Positions 50,869 to 63,399 of a stretch of DNA of 64,000 nucleotides are shown in pieces. Source of the DNA: Octopus sinensis (lineage: Eukaryota); contig NC_043001.1 of assembly GCF_006345805.1 (NCBI RefSeq), forward strand, positions 6,882,001-6,946,000. The letters are read 5' to 3'. Position 1 is the first letter of the stretch. Each line of letters begins with the position of its first letter. A model generated the notes under the pieces. It made no database searches, had not been told where the DNA came from, and saw only the letters and a program-made list of their open reading frames with translations. The position numbers were made by a program, and so were the translations under genes.

Positions 50869-52430
50869 AAACATTCTGCAATAAAATTCTGCAAAATGGA
50901 GACTTCCACCCAGAGACAACCAAAGAACCGCTCAAATCTTCGTTATCCCGACCGCCAGGAGCACCTAACAAAGAGCATCTCTTTCTCAAATCCTCCGGTA
51001 AAAAAGTGCATGTTTAGTGTAGGCCCATATTCGCCACATTCACTCCCCTGTCGACAAAAATACCGGAGGTGGGGTGTAGTACTTCCCTTTCCACCCCCAC
51101 ATTCTTTTTCAGGATGGACTTAAAAGAAATCGATGAGGGTTTGGCCGAAGGGGAAAGTATTTGTCTTGGGAACTTTCAACCTCATCCACCGCACAAACTT
51201 TCACCATAGTCAACTGGCGGACGACAATTACGTTTACTCCCCAGCCACAACAAGGCGTGGGGTTGATTTTCATGATAGGTAGACTCGTCTTCTAAGCAGA
51301 CAAGTCCTACATACGACAACATCTATTCAACAACGCTCCACAAGCCAGCAATGCCAGGTGGATGATTGCAGGCCGAACGATTTCGTCACCCTGCACATAT
51401 CTCGGATAAGTTCATCTTACAGCACTTCTGTACCTGTAGCGCTTATGTCGAAGCGGATGATCTACCTGGTAACACTACCAGACCAGGGATTTACGGTTCC
51501 AAATTCATCAGGGATCAGGGATCAACTGCTTGATTCTTCCCGAAGCCCTGATTTTCGGCGAAGACATCGTCGCTGATGCCTGCCACTAATTCCCTATAGA
51601 ACTCAATTGTATACCTTACACTGATCGGATTACCCGACTTGCTGAAGTTTGTGAACGCTTGCCGGCACAAGATGTGAAGCATCCCTTACCGGTCTATGAT
51701 TGATCTAGAAATGAGACGAGCTGCAGCAAATACAGTTCTTATAAACGACGAGTACACTCACTTAACGTTATGGAAACACTGGAGATGTAGCAGCCTGAGC
51801 GAAAGTCGGCGCTTTGTTAGCCACGGTATACACAGTCTTTCACTCAGCGGCTGTAGATTGCAGATAGAACGTCCGACGATCGAAACCTCTCCTTTCCACT
51901 GAAAATGGAAAAGCAAATGTTGCAGCTTGATCAACCCCGAAGAAGGGTGACAGGATGCAGTCAGGCAGTAGTTGATGGCAGAAGCGATGTACGCATTTGC
52001 CACCTCCGCCCGGCCATTCAATGATAGCTTCCTCTCTGTCCAATTCTAGGTGAAGGTGGACACCCCACTTTTTGTCAAAATGGATATCCGGAACAAATGG
52101 GACCCCGAGCAGCTTTACTGGTCGTTCCCTCCAGCACTCTATGGCACCGTCGAACGACATCTGTCTCGATGCCGGATTTCAAGCCAACAGACAACAGACA
52201 ACTGTTTAATCTTCGCTCCAACCACCACTTCCTACACCGTTATCGTAGTGTAGGTCACCTCGATTTCCGAGATATCGGAAACTATTACGGTATCATCGAC
52301 CGCATAAGCCGACATGGACATTCTGCATCGAGCTTCCTTAATAATGCCTCAAAAGCCAACACATTCAGTGCCCATCCTTCACGAACTGGACGTGCGATGG
52401 TAAATCATTCCGATTGGTTGCCTTATATCA
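50869..52430 (-). pseudogene. Tx1/L1-clade ORF2 (post-RT region) relic
   Basis: WRERPVKLLGVPFVPD, IASAINYCL...LLFHFQWKGEVSIVGRSIC; many disablements. Confidence 0.75.
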
Positions 52431-52553
52431 TTTAAGGGCCGATAGAATATGCAAGTATCGAGCACTGAGGTCGTTGTAGATATACAATGCTACGTAGTTC
52501 AGGGAAGAGGTTCCCTGAACTACGTAGCATTGTGCTAAAATTTGTAACCACTA

Positions 52554-52556
52554 TTA

Positions 52557-52644
<88 letters not shown>

Positions 52645-52686
52645 TTTTTATTATTATTAATTATTATTATTATTGTTATTATTATT

Positions 52687-52726
<40 letters not shown>

Positions 52727-52806
52727 CCATCATCATCATTATTATTATTATTATCATCATTATTATTATTATTATTATCATTATTATTATTATTATTATT
52801 ATTATT
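52554..52806. repeat. (ATT)n/(ATC)n microsatellite abutting the Dong 3' end
   Basis: Direct inspection. Confidence 0.95.
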
Positions 52807-55800
52807 CTATGTTTGACTTTTGCTTTATATTTGTACAAGTTGGCTCCAAGTCTCACCCAGAGACCTCAAGAGACAAAAGGGTTGGAAGTTCATGTTGTTG
52901 TTATGCCTAGTGTGCCATATATTTGGTGGGGTGGGGATGTTGTACTAATGAATGTCTAAAAAAAAAGGTTTTTTTTTTTTGGTTTTTTTTAAACCGAAAA
53001 TTATGTTTGTTTTAAACCTTGAGATTACATAGAGAGTATTTTGCGAAGGATATGAGCAGTTCCCATGAGCACTATCTTTTGAACTTCTGCCATTTTTGGG
53101 TTTCCTGGTATCTGAGTTAGGTAGCTATCAGCCCCTTTTGCTATCATTCCCAGGGCACCTATGACAACAAGTATTGTTTTAGTCTTCAGCTTCCACATTT
53201 TGCTGATTTCTATTTCAAGATCTTTATATTTGCTCAGTTTTTGGTAGGTCTTGACAGATACGTTTATATCGATTGGGACAGTCATATCAATGAGGAGGCA
53301 TGTTCTTTGTTTGAAGTCTTTCAATATGATGTCTGGCCTATTTGCATCTATCTTCCTGTCAGTTTGAATGGTGAAGTTCCAGAGGAGTGAGATGTGGTCA
53401 TTTTCAAGCACTGGGGGTGGTTTGTGTTCCCACCAGTTTTTTTTCATGGGGCAAATCCAGGTTTTTACAGATTACCCAGTGAATATATTGTGCAGCTCTA
53501 TCGTGCCTGTTGAGATACCCTGTAGGCGCTAGAAAACTGCACTTGGAGACCACATGGTAAATGGTTTCATTTTGTTGCTTGCATACACGACACGTTGGAC
53601 TGCTTCTGATCTTTAATATGTTGGCCTGGTAGTTTCTTGTTGGTAGGCATTGATCTTGAGCTGCTATGATAAACCCCTCTGTTTCAGATTTTAAGCCAGA
53701 GGCCATTAGCCATTGATGGGTCAGGGCTTTGTCGATATCTGCATTATTCGCTCTCTTGGGTATTTGCCATAGAGAGGTTTTTCTTGCCATTTATTATTCA
53801 GAATATCTAAGTCCGCAGTTTTGGCACGGGTTTTCATGCGCCTAGCTTTTTCTGTGCTTGTTTCTTGTATATCTATCTCTAATTCCGAAATTGGTTGTAT
53901 TCGGAATTCACTTAGATATTCCTTTGCCTGTTTTGTGACTGAGTATGATGCTTTCTTGTTTTCATGTTTTGAGACAAGTTTTAGCATCCAGTCCTCAGAG
54001 TTTTTCAGGTAGGTGTCTAGGCCAATTGTAGCAATCTTCATTGTTATTGCCAGTTGCAAAAGACCACGGCCTCCCTCTTTTCTTGGCAGATAGAGTCGTT
54101 CTGTATCTGCCTTAGGGTGGTGCATTCTATGCATTGTCAACAGTTTCCTTATTTTTCTGTCGAGCTGACATATTTCAGTAATTGACCAGTTAACAATATT
54201 GAAACTGTAAGTCACGACTGGTATAGCTAATGCATTGATTGCTTCGATCCTGTTTCTTGCATTCATCTCTGTCTTGAGTATTGCTCTCACTCTTCGATAG
54301 CATTCTCTCCTGATCCTTTCCTTCATCTCTGAATGCCTTATTCCGTTCCCTTCAATTACCCCTAGGTACTTGTAGCTCTCCGCTGGGTCTAGTTCTTTTA
54401 TGACATTCTTTGGTCAAGGTTAACGTTAGATGTTTCTGTCATTTTTCCTTTGATAAAGGTAGCCTTTGCACATTTATCGAGGCCGAATTGCATTCTGATG
54501 TCGTCACTGAATTGTTTGACTATCGCTAGTAAGCCCTTGAGTTGTTGATCATTTTTGCAAAAAGCTTTAAATCATCCATGTAAACGAGATGATTTATATT
54601 TTTATCAAACATTTTATACCCGTACTGCGCGTCATTGAGCAGCAGCTTGAGAGAGGTATTAAGGATAAACAAAAGAGGAGTGGTGACAGTGAGTCACCCT
54701 GGAAAATGCCACACGAAATTTTTACATCACCAGCATTTAGGGATTCACTGTCACTGTTCAGAGTTAGTGTGGTTCTCCATGATCTCATACTTACAGTCAA
54801 GAAGTTTCGCAGAGTTGGTGCTATCTTATACATTTCAAGGCATTTCCTAATCCAGCTATGTGGTAGGCTATCAAAAGCCTTTTTATAGTCTATCCAGGCT
54901 ATTGATAAGTTTTTGTGTCGTTTGTGACAATCTTCTAAGATCATCTTATTGATGAGTAGTTGGTCTTTACAGCCGTAGGATCCACGTTTACATCCTTTCT
55001 GTTCATTAGGGAATATGCTGCTGTCTGTTAAAAAACTATAGGTATATTCCGTCAGGACAGATGTTAGTGTTTTGTACATAGTTGTTAAGCAGGTTATGGG
55101 TCTATAGTTTTTGGTTCATTTGTTTCTTCACTTTTTGGAAGCAGGAATGTTAACCCATTAACTAGCCAAGGAGGCATCCTACTAGGGTGTTGCAAAACAT
55201 CATTGTACAGTTCTGTTAGCAGTTCATGGCTCTCTGGGAAGGCATTCAGCCAGAAGTTAGGAATTTTATCCTTTCCTGGAGACTTCCATTTGCTTGACCT
55301 CCTGAGAGCAGATCTTATATCTTCTACCTTGACACCCTCCCACTTTTGCTCTTCTAAGGGGTCCAGTTCTGTAGATATTCTGTCAATCCAGGGGGCCTTT
55401 TCGTTGTGTGTTTTTTCTTCTGTCCAGATTTTATTCCAAAATCTCTGCACTTCTTCTTTTGATGGTACAGACCCTGCAGTAAACGCTGTTTTTCCTATCT
55501 TCCTGTAAAAATTCTTGGTGTTATTTTTGAACATGTTGTCCTTGAAAAATCTAACACGCTTTTCATACCTCGCTATGCGGGCAGCTTTGGCAGATACCTT
55601 TTGTTTGATGGTTTCTATGGTGGCATCAATATCAAGTATAGTTTTCATATTGTATTTTTTCAGTAATTTTTGGGTTTTTGTAGGTTTGGTAGTCTTGTGA
55701 GCCTTAAGGTTTTTCAAATATTCAATGTCAGATCTAAATATTTTAATTTGTTGTTGCAGACGCTCTTGCCAAGAAGGCTTTTTGTGGGACTGTTGCCGTT

Positions 55801-56890
55801 TTCTAATCTTTACACCACATAGGATCGTTGAGATTTTCGCGGATGCATAGTATAGGTGGTTGAGGTTTGTGATATCAACATCATTAACTGAAATTATATC
55901 CTTAAGTGCAAGCCGGATTTTACCAATTATTTTCATGTTTTGGTTAGAGTTGCGGATTTTAGGAAGTGTATCACGCTCATCCATGCTGGTTTCTTTAATT
56001 TTCAGCCATTCAATCATGATTTGATTTTTTAGCTCATGTAGTTCTGTTGGGTCAATATTTGTGTGACTTTCTTTATCTATTTGATGCTCATCTGTCTTAG
56101 TGTTTATGATTGGTTCAGGGCGTATTTCACTTTGCCTATCACTTATACTAACTCTTTCAATCCTCTCTTCGTTTTTATCCGCCCTGGGCTGGTCTATAAT
56201 CATTTCCTCTGTCTTATCTTCTCTAGCTGCAGCTTCGTTCATTTTATCCGATATTGCTTGTCTAACCTGATCAATCTCTACTTCAGTCAGTAATTTCTTT
56301 TTTATAATGTTTCTTCTAACATTGGCAAGCTTGTTACTGTCTATGTAGGGTCTTACTTCAGGGTGTTTCTGTCTCCAGTTTAAGTATGCTTGTACAGTGC
56401 TAGACTTATCTGTGGGGAAATATATGGCATGGTAGAAGGCCTCAAGAACTTCTTTATTATCTTCCCTAGACCATTTATCCTTCTTTTTCTTTTGATTATT
56501 TGGTGATGAGCATGGATGGCCATCTGTTGGAATATTCCGGTTGTGGGGTTCGTCCAGCTCCTGTGTGTGGGGTTGGAAGATTTGATCCAGTAACTGATTT
56601 TTCAATCAGGATTTGTTGTTCAATTTTCGGGTACGTGGTCTTTTGTAATCCGCGCAATGAACAATGCGGTTTATTGTTTGATTTGTTGACCTTGAAGCAT
56701 GACGAGCATCCATTCTTATATTAGGAGATGGATCTGTCAGTTTAGGGTTCACTACATGTAAGCATTGCTCATAGCGCCGCTTCTTAAGACTAGCAGATCT
56801 ATATTCGTCTGTATTTTTTTTGTTGATAGTTTTATCTCCGGACATTTTTTTTTTTTTTTTTTCCTCCTTTCCTCCTCTTCCTTTCTTCAA
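52807..56890 (-). mobile_element. R4/Dong-clade non-LTR retrotransposon, near full length (copy 1)
   Basis: KWSREDNKEVLEAFY N-terminal motif; RT motifs QKGC, IDYKKAFDSLPH, GIFQGDSLSPLLF, YMDDLKLF; CRVC...ETIYHVVSKC, RHD, RPDII...ID...KLSKY REL endonuclease; 3' end on (TAA)n. Confidence 0.92.
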
Positions 56891-57872
56891 GGCTTACTGT
56901 GTCTGTATTAGTTCGAAATAATGAGAATAAAATACGGAGAAGGAAACGAAAAGAAAGGGAAAAAGACGGGATCTGTCAGTTATTATTGTTATTACTATAC
57001 ATCTTCACCACCATCACCATCATCAGCACCATCACCATCACCATCATCATCTTCAATGACATTGTTTTATGTGTAGCACAGCCACCATCAACACTCCATT
57101 GTGTTGGAGAATGGGTGGTTAAAGAATTCATGTTCTTTGGGTCTATAAATAGCCACGGTAGATGGTGGAGACAAAGGACGTTAATGGTCAGTAAAGGTCA
57201 AACCTGTTTACGTTTATTTATTTATTTTTTTTTTTCCGTTCTCCTTTCTTCTTCACCACATGCATATGTATATATATGTATATTCACTCACACATATTAT
57301 CTGATGTTTTCGTGGAAGATTTTTTTTTTTCTTTTTCTTTTTTTAAATAACTTTCTGAGTTCAATGTTATGTATATATTTTTAAATTTCCGAATTCAGTT
57401 GTATGTATATAGTAGTAGGTGCTTAATTCCATAACTTTTTATCGTGCATTTAATTTGTGTTTACAATAAAAGGTAATTTAAAAGGCAATTTTACACATTC
57501 TTATAGTCATGAGAGACGACTAAATGTAAATGTTCACACAGAATTGGAGATATTTATGTTTCTAATTTTTCTTGTTAGGTGTACGTTGTATGAGCTGTAG
57601 ATATGTAAGTTTTTTTTTGACTTATTTGAGGGTAATTCAAATTACTTACAGAAAACAGTAGATCTTCCAGTTTTCTACAGTTGACCTGCTGGGTTCGCTG
57701 TTGCCAGTTCAGAGCATCGTAAAAATACGTCCATCCTCTGTCACGTCCAGCCGTCTTCCTTATTATTATTATTATTATCATTATTATATTACTATTATTA
57801 TTATTATCATTATTATTATTACTATTATTATTATTCATTATTATTATACATTATTATATTATCATTATTATT

Positions 57873-60800
57873 CAGTAGTTTTATTTTTATAGCGTGCTTT
57901 CACTTCACTACCGAGCGCAGCTCTGTGTGCCTTGGGTATGTGCTGTGATTTGTGTGATGCTCTGATGGTTATTGTATGGAAGTGTTCTGCGTAGGATGTG
58001 TGCAGTGCCTAGTAGTGCAATTTTCTGTATGTTATATGTGTTTGTAAGTCCTGGTGTTTTTGTTATGTATTTGTCTGAATATTTTTTTATCATACCTAAT
58101 GCACCTACTATGATATGAATTGTTTCTGTTTTCAGATACCACATTCTAGTTACCTCTATTTCCTGGTCTTTGTATTTTGAGAGTTTCTCCATTTCTTTTA
58201 GAGACACGTTGTCATCAGCCGGTATTGATACATCAATTAGAAAGCATTTTTTTCCTTCATGATCTCTGACAACTATATCTGGTCTGTTGGCCTTAATTTC
58301 TCTATCTGTGTGTATCGGCATATCCCAGAGTATGGTTGCTTTCTCGTTTTCTGTGACCTTTTCTGGTGTGTGCCTATACCATCTTTTTTCTGTTGTTATT
58401 CCATAATGTTGGCATAGCTTCCAATGTATGTAGGTTCCAACTCTGTCATGTCTGTGAATATATTCCTTCTTAGCCAGGACTGGGCAGCTAGAGATAATAT
58501 GATTTATTGTTTCTTGTCCATCTCCACATATTCGGCAGTTACTTGTAATATTTCTTTTCATTACATGTTTTTGGTAATTTCTGGTGGGGAGGCTTTGGTC
58601 TTGTGCTGTAATTAAAAATCCCTCTGTCTCTGCTTTGAGTCCTGAGCTTCTCAACCATTGCCGGGATTTTTCTTTGTCTATTTCTTTTGCGTTTAGTTTA
58701 GTCCAGTATTTACCATGAAGGGGCTTTTCTTGCCATCGTTTTATCATGGTTAGTTGCTGTTCTATTTTTAGTTTGGATTTCATTTGTTTTATGGCTTTTG
58801 TTGTTTCTTCATCTTCTTCTTCTTCATGTTTATTAGGTGGTATGATTTCTTGTTTGTATTTGTCAGCTTCCTTAAATACTGAGAACAGTTTTTTGTTTTG
58901 CTCGTGTTTTGCCGCTATCTGGATCAGTTTCTTCCTTCTGAAGTAGATATTTTTGCAGTCCTATGGTGGTTATTTTATAGTAGTTTTCCAGCTGTATAAG
59001 GCCTCTACCACCTTCTATACGTTGTATATATAGTTCTTCTATGTCAGATTTTGGGTGATGCATTCTAGATCCTGTCATTATTTCTTGTTTTCCTATCTAT
59101 TTTGGTCAGTTCATTTCGTGTCCAGTAAAGGATTTTGTAGCTGTAACTTATAACTGGGGCAGCTAAAGTGTTGATACCTTATCTTGGTTTTAGCATTGAG
59201 CTCTGTTTTTAGTATTGATCTAACTCGTCTAATATATTCTTTTTTTATTTTCTCTTTCATTTGTGTGTGTTGTGTCTTATCTAGTTCATGGATTCCTAAG
59301 TATTTGTAAGTTTGGCTTTGGTCTAATTCTTTTATTTCATTGGTTTTATCTAGTGTGATGTTGTTACTCTTAATTAGTTTTCCTCTTTTCATAGTTACTT
59401 TGGCGCATTTTTCTAATCCAAATTTCATATATATTTCTTTGGTAAATCCATGAACTGTCTTTAATAGTGTTTCCAGCTGTTTGTCATTTGCAGCGTATAG
59501 TTTTAGGTCATCCATATATAAAAGGTGGCTGATCGTTTTGCCGTAACATTTATATCCGCATCCAGTTCTATTTAGTATATCAGATAGAGGTGACAGTGCA
59601 AGCAGAAAAGGAGTGGAGAGAGCGTGTCTCCCTGGAATATTCTCTTCTAATGGGGATGTCTTTGGTTTCATGAGTCCCTCTTTTGTTTGGAGGTGTAGAA
59701 CTGTTGCCATTTATTCATAGAGTGCTCTATGAATTTTATGATTGTTGGTGCTACTTTGTTAATGGCTAGTGTTCGAGGATTCCATCCATGTGTGGGGGAT
59801 GCTATCAAACGCCTTTTTGTTGTCAATCCAAGCCATACTGAGGCCTTCTTCTTTCTGTGGCTGTCTTCAGTTATGGCTTTATTAATCATTAGTTGATATT
59901 TACAGCCATATGAGCCTTTGCAGCATCCTTTCTGCTTTTCTGGGAACAGTTTGTTTTCGTCCAGGTGCTTGTTCAGCCTTTGTGATATCACTGCAGTAAA
60001 TGTCTTGAACATAGTAGGGAGGCAGGTTATTGGTCTGTAGTTTTCTGGTTTTTCTGTTTCATTTGATTTGGGAATTAAGATGGTTTTCCCCTTCGTGAGC
60101 CGTTCAGGCATTGTCTCTGGCTCTGCTAGTACGTTGTTAAAGTTTTCAGCCAGCTTTTTGTGCATTCCTGTTAGATATTTCAACCAGAAGTTGGGGATCT
60201 TGTCATGCCCAGGTGCTTCCAGTTGCTTAGTCTTTGCAGTGCCGGGTGACCTCTTCAGTTGTTATGGGGGTCCAAAGTTGTTCAGATGCCGAGTTTGTTA
60301 TTTTGATACTCCTTTTTTTTGGTGGTTCGTTCGCCGGCATATTTCTCTCCAGAATTCTTCCAATTCTTCTGCCGTTGGTGCTGCAGTGACTTCTATTTAT
60401 TTTTTGCCCAGTTCTTGGTAGAACTTTTTAGGGTTGGAGTTGAACTTTTGTTTTCTTCAAAGAAGCGTTGGCGTTTCTTGTACCGGCGATCCTTTGTGCT
60501 TTGGCAAGGATATCTTGCTTCAGCTTTTCTTTTATTTCACGCAAATCTTTCTCTGTGATGTTATATTTGCGGAGTATTTTGTTCTTTTTTGTTGCTCAGT
60601 AGCGTTGATTGTTTGCTGATTTCATTAAGAATCGACAGGTCTTTTCTAATTTTTTTTTATTTTGCTTTGGATGTTATTTATCCACATGGTTCGTTGGGTG
60701 GGTGGTACTCCTGTTTGGGCGGGTTTGGGTGAGTATCCAGGTTCTTTTGTGGCTGCAGTGGCTGCTGCGTATATTAAGTTATTTAGCTCAGTGATATCAC

Positions 60801-61547
60801 TTTTTTTTGATTCAGTGGCTATCAGTTCAGTGACGGCTAGGTTTATGCTGTTATAATAGGTGTTGTTATTTCGTTTATTTTGATTCTTGGGAGGTATGGT
60901 CGGTGGTCCATTTTGAGCTCTGTGGTTTTCAGTTCTTTGATTATTTTATTTTTTATATTATCATAATCATTAGGCTCCCTTTCGTTGTTTACATCGTGTT
61001 TGTTGGGAATGTTGCGTTTGTCTTCGTGTTTTACTGTTTCAGTGTTTATATTAATGGGCATCGTTGCGTGGCTTCTATCTACATTTTCCTGGTGTATGTT
61101 TTCTCTTAGGTGTTCTATTTCTATTTCTGATATTTTTTTTGTGTTGAGAATGTATCTTCGTACGTTAGCTAATTTATTAGGGTTCATTGCTGTATCCAAG
61201 TCTATATCTCTATTATTTTCCTTCCATCTTTTATATGTATATGTTGTTGTATTTTCATTTTTGGAGTAGAGTACTGCTGTGTAGTATGCGTGTAAGATAG
61301 AAATGTATTCCTCACGTGTCCATTTACGTCTTTTGGGTTTTATTTGCGGGACATGAGGTACAACGTCCGGCCCATTATTTTGACGGTCGTCATTTTCGTA
61401 GGGTACCGGTCCGTTTATTTCTGTTGTCATATTATTTCGCACGTGTAGTTTTTCGTACATTTTTTGTTGTAAGTTTAATGTACGTACCGCTCGATTGTTA
61501 TTCTTGGGTTGAATAGTATCGGTGGCATTTAATTTATTCGTAGTTCC
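57873..61547 (-). mobile_element. R4/Dong-clade non-LTR retrotransposon, near full length (copy 2, different subfamily)
   Basis: KRRKWTREEY N-terminus, NYRPITCL, QKGC, YMDDLKLY, CRICGDGQETINHIISSC, RHDRVG, RPDIV...KLSKY; both ends abut (TAA)n. Confidence 0.92.
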
Positions 61548-61552
61548 TATTA

Positions 61553-61583
<31 letters not shown>

Positions 61584-61585
61584 CA

Positions 61586-61643
<58 letters not shown>

Positions 61644-61678
61644 CATTATTATTATTATTATCATTATTATTATTATTA

Positions 61679-61710
<32 letters not shown>

Positions 61711-61792
61711 TATTATCATCATCATCATCATTATTATTATATTATTATCATTATTATATTATTATTATCATCATCATCATTCATCATCATCA

Positions 61793-61824
<32 letters not shown>

Positions 61825-61840
61825 TATTATTAGTAGTATT
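61548..61840. repeat. (ATT)n/(ATC)n microsatellite between Dong copies
   Basis: Direct inspection. Confidence 0.95.
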
Positions 61841-62409
61841 CCTTTTGACTAAAGCTTTTCGCCTCCCGGAGTCATGAACCCTTAGCGCGATTGTTACCTA
61901 CAGCCAACGGTTCCATGTTATCCGTTGTTTTTTGCTAATACTTTCCTGATTCTTCTGGACGTGCCAAGAAGGCAAATTTCTTGTTACAGTCCGATTTCCT
62001 TTAGAATCCTCTTCATGCTTTCTGATACTATTCCCAATGAGCCAACAATAATTTTCCATAGCCGGTTCATTTCGTACTAAAGCAGGTGGCATTTATCTAT
62101 TTATTTGCCTTCCTTCTCGAATATCCGAGCGTTAAATGGCCATTAAACATCAACTATAGATAGCAAATGCGATGTACATTGTCCACCACAACTAGATACA
62201 CTCTGTTATGCTCTAGCACCTGATCTGTTCGGATTGGAAATCCCAGAGGATTTTGCTAGTCTCCGACTACATCACTCTCTGTGGTTTGTTCTCATACCAC
62301 GTCTTGCCTCTCTCTAGCTGCCACTTTTCGAACAGTTTCCATGTACAACTTTCAGTACCTGATCGTGTAACGATTTTGGGCAGCTCTAGAGCATTCGTTT
62401 GTGATACAG

Positions 62410-62410
<1 letters not shown>
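61841..62410 (-). mobile_element. 5'-truncated R4/Dong fragment (copy 3)
   Basis: WKLFEKWQLERGKTWYENKPQRV..SETSKILWDF and ICLLGTSRRIRKVL on minus strand; flanked by (TAA)n. Confidence 0.75.
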
Positions 62411-62448
<38 letters not shown>

Positions 62449-62560
62449 TATTATTATTATTATTACTATCATCATCATCGTCGTCATCGTCATGCTCCTC
62501 CTCCCCCTCCTCATCATCATCATCGTCATCATCATATTCATCATTGTTGTTGTTGTTATT

Positions 62561-62633
<73 letters not shown>

Positions 62634-62645
62634 GTAGCAGCAGCA
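62411..62645. repeat. Compound ATT/ATC/AGT microsatellite
   Basis: Direct inspection. Confidence 0.95.
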
Positions 62646-63226
62646 TCTTGTCTTAGATAAATTTTATGATAGATTTGGCTGCACACCCAGGTGCAGCTCG
62701 TTGAGCACCGTCGTCATTTGGGAACGTAGAATTGTGCGTATATTGTATATGAGTTCCTCATTGTTCAGGAATTTGTTTAGAAACTTCAGACAAAATCAAT
62801 AAATAACAGTGTTATCTTTGTCACGTGAGACAGACACCACATAACACAATAATATAATAAAACACAAAATATTCAGACTATAAAAATTATTTCAAACTTT
62901 TTCTTTTCATTTTATTTGTCTCATACATTTCTGCTTCGATTTAACATAGTTTCTTTCTGTAAGTTTTCAGAATAAATTATTAATACGCTTTGATTAGACA
63001 GGTATATATTTCAAGGTAAAATTTAGAAATTATTTCCTTTTTCTTTCGTTTGTCTGTATGTGTGTTTGTGTGCGTGCGTGCGTGTGTGTCCTTTATCCGT
63101 CATATTTTGAATAGCTTCGAAGGCGGCGTGCTAGGAGTATTCGTAGCAGTTACACAAAATGTTTTAGCGGTAATTCATCTGTCTTTATGTTCATGATTCA
63201 TTTACTAACGAAAACGACTTTGCCTC

Positions 63227-63260
<34 letters not shown>

Positions 63261-63309
63261 ACTCATCATCATCAATAATATTATTATTATTATTATATTA
63301 TTATTATTA

Positions 63310-63348
<39 letters not shown>

Positions 63349-63399
63349 CATCATCATCATTATTATTATTAAATGCTTGAATCTTGCTTAGTATTTACA

